A DNA stretch of 64,000 bases from Candidatus Magasanikiibacteriota bacterium (GTDB lineage: Bacteria > Patescibacteriota > Patescibacteriia > Magasanikbacterales > UBA922): contig JABJHO010000014.1 in assembly GCA_018661775.1 (NCBI GenBank), positions 42,305 through 106,304 of the forward strand, given 5' to 3'. Positions 1-9,399 of this stretch are shown here, one piece after another. A program made the translations under genes and the position numbers. The notes beneath the pieces were generated by a model. That model was not told the origin of the DNA and made no database searches. It worked only from the letters and a program-made list of their open reading frames with translations. Positions within the stretch are counted from its first letter, which is position 1, and each line of letters begins with the position of its first letter.

Positions 1-73
1 CGTTTATAGGGGCCCTGTTACTCACATTGGTGAGTGGATTTACTACGATGTTGCTAGAACGTAAAGGTCAGAT

Positions 74-763
74 ATGAGAAAAAATATGAAAATTTTGTCT
101 GTTGGTGGGTCAATTATTATTCCAAAAACTGGGTTTAACATTCCTTTTTTAAAGAAGTTTAAAACACTTATTTTGCGTCAGATAAAAAAAGGGGATCGAT
201 TTATTCTCGTTATTGGTGGAGGGGCAACCTGTAGAAAGTATCAAGATGCTGCAAGACAGGTCTCATCTCTTAATGATGAGGATTTGGACTGGATTGGTAT
301 TCACACGACAATATTCAATGCACAGTTTGTGCGGTATATGTTTAAAGATGTTGCCTATAAACATATTATTACTCATCCAAACAAAAAAGTGCAAACCACA
401 AAGCCGGTTATTATTGCGGCCGGTTGGAAGCCTGGATTTTCGACAGATAGGGATGCAGTATTGCTTGCAAAAACGTATGGGGCGAAAGAGTTGTATAATT
501 TGTCCAATATTTCGTATGTGTACGACAAAGATCCAAATATTTACCCAGAGGCAAAAAAACTGAGATATATAGACTGGCAAACACTACGAGATGACATTGT
601 GGGACATACCTGGGAACCAGGAAAAAGCGCACCTTTTGACCCAATTGCCAGTAAAGATGCACAAAAGTTTGGTATGAAAGTGGGTATTCTGGATGGCACA
701 AAGTTGGGGGAAGTTAAAAAAGCAATAGACGGAAAACCCTTTAATGGAACTATAGTAGAGTAA
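74..763 (+). CDS. pyrH: UMP kinase, archaeal type (amino-acid kinase fold)
   Basis: Co-linear with archaeal PyrH (~225 aa): GGS(I/V) N-terminus, VIGGG, GWKPGFSTD, NVDGVY-like and C-terminal GT(I/V)(V/I) motifs. Confidence 0.8.
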   Translation: MRKNMKILSVGGSIIIPKTGFNIPFLKKFKTLILRQIKKGDRFILVIGGGATCRKYQDAARQVSSLNDEDLDWIGIHTTIFNAQFVRYMFKDVAYKHIITHPNKKVQTTKPVIIAAGWKPGFSTDRDAVLLAKTYGAKELYNLSNISYVYDKDPNIYPEAKKLRYIDWQTLRDDIVGHTWEPGKSAPFDPIASKDAQKFGMKVGILDGTKLGEVKKAIDGKPFNGTIVE

Positions 764-800
764 CTATACAGTATAGAAAAAAGTAACATGTCGCTACTTT

Positions 801-1247
801 TTAGTTTTGGGTTATAGAAACTATTCTTTTGTTGTCTTTTGTGTGTTCTATAGAAATCTCTTTATAGGGTGTATCTTTTATGAGTGGATAGATTTTTTCT
901 GGCCATTCCACAAGAGAGAGTGTTTTTTTGTCAAAAAGAAATTCTTCGATCCCTATATTTCTCAAGGTCTGAACATCTTCTGCACGGTAGGTATCTATGT
1001 GGACTAACTGAGAAATACCTTTTTGTGTAGTATTCACAGGATATACCTGCATGTATGTGAATGTTGGGCTTGTGATAACATCTTGTACACCAAGCCCTTT
1101 TGCTATACCTTTTGCGAGGGTTGTTTTTCCTGCACCAAGATCACCTTTAAGAAGAATAATGTCGCCCCCCATGCATTGTGAAGCTAAAGATTCACCAAAA
1201 TGAAGCATGGCGATCTCTGTGGCTATACTATGTTTTTCAGATTTCAT
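801..1247 (-). CDS. tsaE: tRNA t6A37 biosynthesis P-loop ATPase TsaE
   Basis: 148 aa. Walker A GDLGAGKTT followed by GIAKGLG and SPTF(T/V) motifs typical of TsaE/YjeE. Confidence 0.8.
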   Translation of the reverse strand: MKSEKHSIATEIAMLHFGESLASQCMGGDIILLKGDLGAGKTTLAKGIAKGLGVQDVITSPTFTYMQVYPVNTTQKGISQLVHIDTYRAEDVQTLRNIGIEEFLFDKKTLSLVEWPEKIYPLIKDTPYKEISIEHTKDNKRIVSITQN

Positions 1248-1256
1248 GAGAATATA

Positions 1257-2513
1257 TTATACGTTTTTTGTTTGGTCAGTATACAGAGGGAAATTTTTTG
1301 TAAGAGCCATAACGTCTTCCTTTATTTCTTTGAGCGTAGCTTCTTCTGTGTGATGAGTAATGGCTCGGTCAATAAGATCTGCAATAATGCCCATTTCTTT
1401 TTCTTTCATACCACGTGTTGTAAGTGCAGGGGTGCCAAGTCGTATACCAGATGGGTTAAATGGAGACCTGGTATCGTCTGGAATCATATTTTTGTTTACG
1501 GTAATACTGGCTTTGTCGAGTGCTTCTTCTGCATCTTTTCCTGTGAGACTTTTTGATGTTACGTCAATAAGGAGTAGGTGATTGTCGGTTCCACCAAAAC
1601 ATAAGTCATACTTCTTGGCTTGAAATGCTTCTTCTAGTATTTTTGTGTTTGCCTTAATCTGTTTGGCATATTGCTTAAACTCTGGCTCAAGTGCTTCTTT
1701 AAATGCGACTGCTTTGGCTGCAATATTATTTTCGTGCGGACCACCTTGTAGTCCAGGAAACACGGCCCTATCTATCTGTTTTGCAAATTCTTTTTTACAC
1801 ATGATCATGCCACCACGTGGCCCACGTAGTGTTTTGTGTGTGGTGGTGGTTACAATATCAAAAATTGGCACAGGATTGTTCATTTCTCCACCAGCAATAA
1901 GCCCGGCAATGTGTGCAATATCGGCCATAGTCATTGCACCAACTTCATTGGCAATATCTTGTATTTTGCTATATGCAATTTCTCTTGAATAGGCTGAATA
2001 GCCAACTAAAATAAGTTTCGGCTTGTGTTCGTGGGCCATTTTTCTGAGATTTTCTAGGTCTATTTGTCCGTTGGCATCAGTTTTGTATCGTTCAAAGTGA
2101 AATACCTGTGTCATGTGCGTTACCGGGTGACCATGTGTGAGATGGCCCCCATGAGACAAGTCCATACCCAGAACCGTGTCACCTGGTTTGAGTACCGCAA
2201 AATACGCAGCAATATTGGCAGGTGCACCAGACAGTGGTTGAACATTGACATGCTCTGCACCAAAAAGTTGTTTTGCACGATCTATTGCAAGTTGCTCAAT
2301 GGTATCCACATGTTCACATCCACCGTAATATCGCTTGCCTGGATACCCTTCGGCATATTTGTTTGTTAATACTGAGCCCAGCGCTTCAAGAACGGCTGGT
2401 GAGACAAAATTTTCTGAAGGAATCATTTCCAACCCAGTTTCTTGTCGGTTGAGTTCTTTGTGTATCGCTGTGTGTGTATCAATATCAAACTGTGCTAGTG
2501 ATATGTTATTCAT
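1257..2513 (-). CDS. glyA: serine hydroxymethyltransferase
   Basis: 418 aa. ELIASENF-type N-terminus (MIPSENFVSPAV), YAEGYPGKRYYGGCE, HLTHG and PLP-lysine region. Confidence 0.95.
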   Translation of the reverse strand: MNNISLAQFDIDTHTAIHKELNRQETGLEMIPSENFVSPAVLEALGSVLTNKYAEGYPGKRYYGGCEHVDTIEQLAIDRAKQLFGAEHVNVQPLSGAPANIAAYFAVLKPGDTVLGMDLSHGGHLTHGHPVTHMTQVFHFERYKTDANGQIDLENLRKMAHEHKPKLILVGYSAYSREIAYSKIQDIANEVGAMTMADIAHIAGLIAGGEMNNPVPIFDIVTTTTHKTLRGPRGGMIMCKKEFAKQIDRAVFPGLQGGPHENNIAAKAVAFKEALEPEFKQYAKQIKANTKILEEAFQAKKYDLCFGGTDNHLLLIDVTSKSLTGKDAEEALDKASITVNKNMIPDDTRSPFNPSGIRLGTPALTTRGMKEKEMGIIADLIDRAITHHTEEATLKEIKEDVMALTKNFPLYTDQTKNV

Positions 2514-2548
2514 ATGCGTGTGGGTTAATACTGGGTAGATGTATGGTA

Positions 2549-4252
2549 TTATAACTTTTTTATCATATATGTGCCAACTTTTCTGTAACCAAGTTTTCTA
2601 TAATACCCACGAACACCAACACCCGAGATTACCGCACTTTTTTGTATTCCTGCGTTTTGTATTATTTCTTCGGCCACTTTCATGAGTTTTTTACCAAACC
2701 CTTTGTGTTGCGATGCCTGTTGTCTTTTTTCTCCAATTTTTACGAGCTGACCGTACACATGAAGTTCACGAATAAATGCACAGTGTGAAATTTCTGGGAT
2801 GATTTGTACAACATCTTTACAATGCGCTTTACTAAGCCATACATGTTGTTCTTTTTCCTTTTTGCCGATGTTGTGCGGGATACGGAGTCGTAGGAATCCA
2901 TACACAGCTATACGTTTTGGATCCTCAAGCGTAATAAAGTATTCTGTGCCACCTACTGTTGAGTATGTGTCTACAAAGAGCTGTGGTATCGTGTTTTTTG
3001 GTATATTGTCTTGCTGTCTTGAAATCTCTCTGCACCGCAAGCAGACACATCGCGCATTAGTGTTGTGTAGCTCTTTTGTGAGAGATTCTCGTAGGTTGGT
3101 TATACTGTTTCCGTCTCTAATTTCGTTAGATGGGATATCACGAATAAGTCGAGAAATTCTACAGTATCGTGGTGTAGCTTTTTTCATTGCAAGTAGTGCT
3201 GCAAACAATGCTTTTTCTCCGTATGATTTGTATCTTCCTTCCTTAAACCATGCATAGAGTTCAGCGCTTTCAATGACGGTGTTTGGATAAATCTTTACCA
3301 TGTCTGGGCAAAGTGCTGGATCAGAAAATAGTGATTTGTACATGGTTACATCGTGTTCTGGCGTGGTTCCTGGTAGGTCTGGCATAAAATGGAGATCAAC
3401 TTTGAACCCTGCACAGCGAAGCATATACATTGCTTTCCTGAATTCATCCACAGAGTGCCCACGCTTAATCAGTGATAAAATTGCATCATCTGGCGCCTGA
3501 AGACCAAGCTCTATTCTTGTGCATCCCTGTTTTCGCATGTGGTAGAGTGTTTTTGGTGTGATACAGTCTGGTCTTGTTTCAAGTGTAATTCCTATTATCC
3601 TATGTTTTGCATACTCATTGTACCGTTGTTCTTTTTCTATGCGTTGTGTCAACTCCTCAAGTGGCCGCTTTTCCCAGTACAACTCTTTTGTGGGGGGTAT
3701 TTCTTTTCTTCGTGTGAGGTTGTTGCATGCATTAAAAGACTCCATAATATACCAGTATTGGTATTTTAAGGTATAGGCATTCCATGTACCACCTTTTGTG
3801 ATGTATTCAATTTTATCTACCGGATGCCCATTCTTCTCAAGCATTTCAATCCTTTTTTGCATTAGAAGGTATGGGTTGAAATCGAGCTTGAGTGAGCGAG
3901 CTGCAGCAGGTTCTGAAGCAATATAGCTTTTTGGCATGCGTACTTCTGTTGGGCAGTAGACACACTTGCCTGGGCAAGCATATGGTTTTACTAGTGAAGT
4001 GATTACGGCAATCCCTGATGTACTTCGTATACCAGCTTTCATACATAATTGCTCTAATGCTCTATTTTGTACTACTTTCTTGTCTTTTACCAATTTCTTG
4101 TAGACACCAAGTATGGCCCTGTTTGAGGGTTGTGATATGTGAAGTGCACTACACTCCTTTCTTCGTATATCATCAAACTCACCTTTTGTTTTGGGCTTTT
4201 TTTGAATAATGGCATGTATGATCTGTGTAATGTGTTGTGTTGTTTCAGACAT
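2549..4252 (-). CDS. Elp3-family tRNA uridine34 carboxymethyl-modifying enzyme (radical SAM + C-terminal GNAT acetyltransferase)
   Basis: 567 aa. Radical SAM cysteine cluster CPGKCVYCP, TRPDC elongator region, C-terminal GNAT (HVYGQLV...GFGKKLM...QNAGI). Architecture identical to archaeal and Dehalococcoides Elp3. Confidence 0.85.
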   Translation of the reverse strand: MSETTQHITQIIHAIIQKKPKTKGEFDDIRRKECSALHISQPSNRAILGVYKKLVKDKKVVQNRALEQLCMKAGIRSTSGIAVITSLVKPYACPGKCVYCPTEVRMPKSYIASEPAAARSLKLDFNPYLLMQKRIEMLEKNGHPVDKIEYITKGGTWNAYTLKYQYWYIMESFNACNNLTRRKEIPPTKELYWEKRPLEELTQRIEKEQRYNEYAKHRIIGITLETRPDCITPKTLYHMRKQGCTRIELGLQAPDDAILSLIKRGHSVDEFRKAMYMLRCAGFKVDLHFMPDLPGTTPEHDVTMYKSLFSDPALCPDMVKIYPNTVIESAELYAWFKEGRYKSYGEKALFAALLAMKKATPRYCRISRLIRDIPSNEIRDGNSITNLRESLTKELHNTNARCVCLRCREISRQQDNIPKNTIPQLFVDTYSTVGGTEYFITLEDPKRIAVYGFLRLRIPHNIGKKEKEQHVWLSKAHCKDVVQIIPEISHCAFIRELHVYGQLVKIGEKRQQASQHKGFGKKLMKVAEEIIQNAGIQKSAVISGVGVRGYYRKLGYRKVGTYMIKKL

Positions 4253-4274
4253 AGTACTTGTAATATAATCATGA

Positions 4275-5006
4275 ATGTGCTATCTTAGTCAAGTCAAAAA
4301 GGATTATTTTATGAATGAATATAGGGCAAAACAAATATTAGAGCAAAACCATGCGGTATATAACACCATCGCAGCGGATTTTTCACGAACCCGTGGATTT
4401 TTGTGGGCCGACCTACATCCGCTCAAGGAGTATGCAAAAGATGTGCACACCGTTGTTGATATTGGGTGTGGCAATGGTCGACTATATCAGCTTTTTTCTC
4501 ACATGGATGTGAATTATATCGGTATTGATTTTAGTGAAGAGCTTGTGGCTATTGCAAGGAATCGTTTTCCGGGGGCGCGGTTTTTTGTCTCAAACATGAT
4601 TAAAACTTCCTTACAAGACAGTATGGCCGATGTTATATACTGTATTGCAGCATTTCAGCATCTTCCAAGCAGAGAAATGCGTATCCAAGCACTTCAAGAG
4701 ATGCGCAGAGTGTTAAAGCCTGGTGGATCCATAGTTATGATGAATTGGAATCTTTTTAGTGACTGGGCACGAGAAAAATATGAAAGCGACGGGAGTGGAG
4801 ATTTTTTTGTACCTTGGAAAAATGAGGAAAAAGAGGTTTTGGGGTTGCGATACTACCATGGTTTTTTACTCGAAGAGCTTCATGAATTAGTACAGTCTGT
4901 TGGGCTAAATATAGTTAAACAACATTACTGTAAAAAAGGTGAAGTAAGTAGTCTGGGGCCTGGTGAAAATATACTTACCGTTATGCGAGCTGCCGAAGAT
5001 GTGTAG
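4275..5006 (+). CDS. Trm9/ALKBH8-type tRNA (carboxymethyluridine34) methyltransferase, class I SAM MTase
   Basis: Co-linear with yeast Trm9: VYNxIAxxFSxTR, (V/I)D(I/V)GCGNG(R/K)(L)Y, IGxDxS..L(V/I)..AR, DFFVPW, RYYH. Likely start at ATG 4311 (MNEYRAKQ). Confidence 0.75.
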   Translation: MCYLSQVKKDYFMNEYRAKQILEQNHAVYNTIAADFSRTRGFLWADLHPLKEYAKDVHTVVDIGCGNGRLYQLFSHMDVNYIGIDFSEELVAIARNRFPGARFFVSNMIKTSLQDSMADVIYCIAAFQHLPSREMRIQALQEMRRVLKPGGSIVMMNWNLFSDWAREKYESDGSGDFFVPWKNEEKEVLGLRYYHGFLLEELHELVQSVGLNIVKQHYCKKGEVSSLGPGENILTVMRAAEDV

Positions 5007-5008
5007 CA

Positions 5009-5893
5009 TTATTTTCCTGAAATAATACAGGTGGTTGGAGTGGTAATACTCCAACCACTTTTTTTTGCTTTTATGAGCCCTGCAACACTTAATGCTTCAT
5101 TTGGTGTCACGGACTCTTGCAATTCATCTTCTAGTATTTTCTGTGCAGCCGCTATGTCTTCGTCGCTCACTATCCAGCCACTTCCCTTTGTTGTGTTCAC
5201 TATTTCTGTCACATTACTTTTTCTGTGTGCAATACGATCTCCGATGCACGTTGCAAGAGATTCTTTGGTTGGGGTAAAGTCATGGTCAAAATGTTTTGCG
5301 ATTGGGTAACATGCTGTGGTTTGTACAACATGTACTTGGGTCGGTAAGGAGTTGTGTGTAATGTATTCTCCGATACCTTGTGCGGTGGTACCAGAAGATG
5401 TGGCGATAAATATGGCACCCATATCGTTGTGTTGAGTAATCTCTCTTGCTAAGGGGTAGTATGATCGCGGCGCTAATCCATCGGTTGATTGTCGGAGATA
5501 TGCTACCCCAGCCTCTTTTCCGGCCATAAAAGCATTTTGTTTTGGCTGATCCACCTGTGTAATTGTAATATTTCTGTCGGTGGCAAGATGTGTGAGTGTG
5601 TCTTTTTTTTGCTGAGGTATTCTTTTACCAATATACACACCAAGCGAAAGCAGGTTATTTGGATGTTTGGTATTATGTTCTTTAATTGCTAAAATAGCTG
5701 CAATAGCAGCATTTCCGGTTGATGATATGGCAAACTTTTTCGTATCGTTTTGTGTATATTCCCGGTGTATCATTTCTGGAATGACCCGTCCTTTGTGTGA
5801 TTGGTATGGGCTAAGATCCTCTCTTTTAAGAAAAAGAGACGGGATGTTGAGTTGTTTTGCTAATTCTGGATGTGAAGATTGTGGAGTATTCAT
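5009..5893 (-). CDS. PLP-dependent enzyme, tryptophan-synthase-beta (fold type II) superfamily, specific reaction unknown
   Basis: 294 aa. LKREDLSPYQSHKGR resembles the PALP lysine motif (SFKDR), and SSGTT replaces the glycine-rich phosphate loop. Too diverged to assign a reaction. Confidence 0.45.
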   Translation of the reverse strand: MNTPQSSHPELAKQLNIPSLFLKREDLSPYQSHKGRVIPEMIHREYTQNDTKKFAISSTGNAAIAAILAIKEHNTKHPNNLLSLGVYIGKRIPQQKKDTLTHLATDRNITITQVDQPKQNAFMAGKEAGVAYLRQSTDGLAPRSYYPLAREITQHNDMGAIFIATSSGTTAQGIGEYITHNSLPTQVHVVQTTACYPIAKHFDHDFTPTKESLATCIGDRIAHRKSNVTEIVNTTKGSGWIVSDEDIAAAQKILEDELQESVTPNEALSVAGLIKAKKSGWSITTPTTCIISGK

Positions 5894-5976
5894 AAAAGTG
5901 GTAACTAGGGTTGGTGTTGAAGATAGGACGGCGTTGTGGTATAGTGTATTATGCTTACTTATTAGTGTATGTGTAT

Positions 5977-6141
5977 ATGAATCTTACCTGTATTGAGTGT
6001 AAAAATCAAGTTGATCTATCATCGTATTCTGACCTTGCTATGGACAGTGTGGTTGAGTGTCAGACGTGTGGCATAACATTGCTTGTGACGAGTATCGACG
6101 ATAACACCGTGTCTGTTGAAATAATGGACGAGGGAAAATAG
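5977..6141 (+). CDS. small Cys4 zinc-ribbon protein, LysW-like amino-group carrier candidate (Trm112-like alternative)
   Basis: CIEC-x18-CQTCGITLLV followed by acidic tail (DDNTVSVEIMDEG). Pattern matches LysW CPECG...CxDCGAELEV...acidic C-terminus. Tool ORF starts at 5911. Small ORF, may not be expressed. Confidence 0.3.
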   Translation: MNLTCIECKNQVDLSSYSDLAMDSVVECQTCGITLLVTSIDDNTVSVEIMDEGK

Positions 6142-6142
6142 A

Positions 6143-7537
6143 TTAGGTTATTGCTTTGCACACCATTTCTATCATACCCCGAAAACCGTGAGACCCAAGG
6201 AAGACTATTACGTCTTCTTTTTTGGTATGTTCAATAAGGTGTGTCACAAGTTCATTATCGTCTTCTATGTATTTTGTGTTTGGGTGTGTGGTCTCAATCA
6301 TGTCGGATAATGCTTTCCCATCCATGATTTCTGGTGTATTTGGCCCTTGTTTAACCGCGCTTAACCGAGGAATAATAACACTGTCTGCATGTGCAAATGC
6401 ATGAGCGTATTGCGGAACTGCTTCTTTATTTCGGTTTCCGGTGTTTGGTTCGTAAATGGCAATAATCTTGCCTGTATATATAGACCGCAATGTAGCAAGT
6501 GTTGCAGCTGCTTTTTCTGGAGAATGCGCAATATCATCAAACACGGTTATATTGTTTTCACACCGTTTTTCTAGTCGTCGTCTCATGCCCAAAAAAGTGC
6601 GTATGGATTGTGTGATGTTTTGTGGTTGTATACCAAGTTCACTAGCCATAGCAAATGCACCGCAAATATTTTCTACCATATATGTTCCAAGTAGTGGTGA
6701 GGTGATACTGTACGTAGAACTGTTATGGATTATGTCAAAATGAAGGCCATTTTTTGTACTAGTTATGTTGGTGTAGGAATACTCATTTTCTCCATCTTTT
6801 CCATAAAATACTACACGAGATTGAGATTGTTTTGCATATTCTTTTACATTTTTTCCATCTTTGCATGCAACAATAAGGCCATTTTTTGGCACAAGAGAAA
6901 CGAGGTGCTCAAATTGCTTCATGTATAATGCTTCTGTTGGGTACAGGTCTGCGTGGTCCCAAGAAATTGAAGTAAGCAGTAAATGAGTGGGGGAGTACAA
7001 CATAAACTTTGGTCGAGCATCCCATCGAGCTGTTTTATATTCATCTCCTTCAAGAACCGAATATGTACCATCAGTTATTGCTGCTGACGGGAAATTATGT
7101 GTAGCAAGTCCACCAAACATGTAGCTTGGCATATACTCATTTTCTTTGAGTATCCAAGACACTAAGGCAGATGTAGTTGTTTTTCCAAAGTTTCCGGCAC
7201 ACACAATAGAATGTTCTTTAACGAGAAATTCTGCGACAAATTCTGGATACGATTTGTATGCAATGTTGTTTTCTTGTACGTAGAGAAATTCCGGATTGGT
7301 GGAAGACGCGACATTTCCCACAATTACCAGATCAGGATTACCATGTTTGGTCATTTTTTCTACGTGCCAACCAGGGTAGTAGGTAATTCCGGCATTTTTG
7401 AGATGAGTAGAAACAGGCGGGTAAAACCCTTTGTCACTGCCAGTAACGGTATATCCTGTTTTGTGGAGCGCAATGGCTAGGGCGCTCATGGCTACGCCAC
7501 AAATACCTATAAAATGGATATGTTCGGTGTTGTTCAT
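6143..7537 (-). CDS. mpl: Mur ligase, Mpl-type (UDP-MurNAc:L-Ala-gamma-D-Glu-DAP murein peptide ligase) or MurC-like
   Basis: 464 aa, co-linear with E. coli Mpl: HFIGICG, GSDKGFYPPVST, PDLVIVGN, GNFGKTTT, EGDEY, DDIAHSP, YEPNTGNR. Confidence 0.8.
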   Translation of the reverse strand: MNNTEHIHFIGICGVAMSALAIALHKTGYTVTGSDKGFYPPVSTHLKNAGITYYPGWHVEKMTKHGNPDLVIVGNVASSTNPEFLYVQENNIAYKSYPEFVAEFLVKEHSIVCAGNFGKTTTSALVSWILKENEYMPSYMFGGLATHNFPSAAITDGTYSVLEGDEYKTARWDARPKFMLYSPTHLLLTSISWDHADLYPTEALYMKQFEHLVSLVPKNGLIVACKDGKNVKEYAKQSQSRVVFYGKDGENEYSYTNITSTKNGLHFDIIHNSSTYSITSPLLGTYMVENICGAFAMASELGIQPQNITQSIRTFLGMRRRLEKRCENNITVFDDIAHSPEKAAATLATLRSIYTGKIIAIYEPNTGNRNKEAVPQYAHAFAHADSVIIPRLSAVKQGPNTPEIMDGKALSDMIETTHPNTKYIEDDNELVTHLIEHTKKEDVIVFLGSHGFRGMIEMVCKAIT

Positions 7538-7540
7538 AAT

Positions 7541-8233
7541 CTATAGTGTATTATCCAGTATATGCTTAAGCTCTTGCAAATCACCACTCCAATTCTTTCC
7601 GTCAAACCACTCGAGCCCGCTAAACTGTAATTTATACGTGTCACTTGGTCTTTGTGCTGAACCTAAATATATATATTTTTTTCCTGTTTCTTTTGCATAT
7701 AGTATGGCTTTGAGCATCATGCCCATACCAATGCTTTTGTTGGGAAAATCTAATGGATAAAAAGGATAGGAATAGTGAAGTATGTCAGTATTTTCATAGC
7801 AGACTGCATACCCAACTACGTCATCACTTTTTGTATACAGAAGGAGCATGGTAAAGTTTGTTTCTTCTGCGTTTGTAAGACATGATTTTACCGCATTGGC
7901 AGAAAATGTCCCTTTGCCAAACTTTTTTTCATAAAAATCTTTTGCACATTTTCCAATAGTCCAGTGGTAATCAGTATACGGAATAGGGTGGCTGGAAAGA
8001 GTAATATCTTCTGTTTTCCGTAAAATTCTTCTGTTTTCGCTTGTTAATACAAACGTATTCAAATCTATTCGTATACTTCGTGTTTGGTCCATTGCGCCTT
8101 TTCCTCGGCGGGTAAACACAAAACCATCGCTATATTTTTGGGTAATATTGTTTGAAACAGTATGTGTAAGTGTTTCTTGTTTCCAGGAAAAATAATCATT
8201 CATAGAATTATTGTAGTGCAATCCATAGTCCAA
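7541..8233 (-). CDS. Bpt/ATE-family aminoacyl-tRNA--protein transferase-like protein (ATE_N without Cys + ATE_C GNAT-like domain)
   Basis: 230 aa. N-terminal FTRRGKG...IRIDL...S.NRRILRK resembles ATE_N. C-terminal VGYAVCY...SIGMGMMLKAILYAKETGKKYIYLGS...YKLQF..LE matches the ATE_C consensus (SavY..SLG...YlYLGY...YK..F.P.E). Confidence 0.55.
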   Translation of the reverse strand: MDYGLHYNNSMNDYFSWKQETLTHTVSNNITQKYSDGFVFTRRGKGAMDQTRSIRIDLNTFVLTSENRRILRKTEDITLSSHPIPYTDYHWTIGKCAKDFYEKKFGKGTFSANAVKSCLTNAEETNFTMLLLYTKSDDVVGYAVCYENTDILHYSYPFYPLDFPNKSIGMGMMLKAILYAKETGKKYIYLGSAQRPSDTYKLQFSGLEWFDGKNWSGDLQELKHILDNTL

Positions 8234-9356
8234 GTAATACGACCATTGCGTGGATAATCCAAAAACGCATCACTGTTTTTTCTTCACTCCAACCGCGCAT
8301 TTCAAAATGGTGATGTAGTGGTGCCATTGCAAAAATACGTCTTCCCAATATGTATCGCCCAAAAATTTGTATAATGACACTGGCAAGTTCTACATAAAAA
8401 ATAAAACCAAGCAGCGGAAGAAGTAGCATGTGATTAATGACAATGGTGTTTATGGCAAGAAGTGACCCAAGACCAAGAGAGCCAACATCACCCATTTGGA
8501 ACCGCGCAGGCTTAATATTGAAATACGTGTACGTAAGCAACGCACCGGTTGTGGTCGCATTGAGTATGGCAATTTCTCCATATCCTTCTATCCAGCTTAA
8601 TATTGTGAGAGCAGAAAATGTAATAATGAGTGCTCCTCCTGCCAATCCATCCATACCGTCTGCCATATTTACTGCATTGGCAGTTGCCACGACAAAGAAT
8701 ATAACAAAGGGAATAATAAGCCAGCTAATGTCTATTGTTCCATCAAACGGAATGGCTATGTTTTGCCAATGCTTTCCAAGTTTTGCATAAATCCACCAGG
8801 CAGCAATGCCACCCGCAATACATTCAGTGAGTAATCTTTCGTGAACATGGAGCCCTTTTCCTGGATGTGAACCCAGCCAAAGTGACGTACGTTTAAAAAT
8901 TGACCACGGAAGGGTAATAATAAGCCAGATTCTATACCATATATTTTTGTGTACCTTAATGAGTGTAAAAATCTGCTTCAATTTTCTGTTTCGTCGTTTT
9001 TTCTCATTAAAAATATTGAGCCAGTCATCTACGCCACCAAGGATTGCCGAAAGAATCATAACCCCAACAGGTACCCAGGTAAAACTTCTCTCCCAGTTAA
9101 AGAGTATGGTAATAACCGCAACAGTTATAATGACGAGCAGTCCACCCATAATTGGTACGCCAGCTTTACTTTTTCGTGCGCCCATGGCAAGTGATGCGTC
9201 ATAATCTGGGTTTCTTACAATATTATGTTTATACAAAAAAGCAATCAGGAGTGGAGCCCAAATAAAAGATGCTATTGTGGCAAGTGCGCCAAAACCTATG
9301 GCGGTCTGTAATATGTGTATTGTGTCTGTAGGTATTATCATAATACTGTTCATCAT
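8208..9356 (-). CDS. mraY: phospho-N-acetylmuramoyl-pentapeptide transferase
   Basis: 382 aa polytopic membrane protein with NAVNMADGMDGLAGG and APLHHHFE MraY signatures. Confidence 0.85.
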   Translation of the reverse strand: MMNSIMIIPTDTIHILQTAIGFGALATIASFIWAPLLIAFLYKHNIVRNPDYDASLAMGARKSKAGVPIMGGLLVIITVAVITILFNWERSFTWVPVGVMILSAILGGVDDWLNIFNEKKRRNRKLKQIFTLIKVHKNIWYRIWLIITLPWSIFKRTSLWLGSHPGKGLHVHERLLTECIAGGIAAWWIYAKLGKHWQNIAIPFDGTIDISWLIIPFVIFFVVATANAVNMADGMDGLAGGALIITFSALTILSWIEGYGEIAILNATTTGALLTYTYFNIKPARFQMGDVGSLGLGSLLAINTIVINHMLLLPLLGFIFYVELASVIIQIFGRYILGRRIFAMAPLHHHFEMRGWSEEKTVMRFWIIHAMVVLLGLWIALQ

Positions 9357-9399
9357 AGCATAGAATACATACTATTTCAAGCTATGGGCTAAATATTTT

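Noticed and set aside
1-63. Partial 3' end of an upstream plus-strand gene (…VYRGPVTHIGEWIYYDVART*)
   Set aside because: Only 20 codons are present. The protein cannot be identified.
213-701. Three overlapping alternative-frame ORFs
   Set aside because: Inside pyrH. The sense frame aligns with archaeal UMP kinase.
5911-6141. Trm112-like reading of the small zinc-ribbon ORF
   Set aside because: The second CxxC is followed by G-x-x-L-x-V as in LysW rather than the YPI-DGIP motif of Trm112. Kept only as an alternative.
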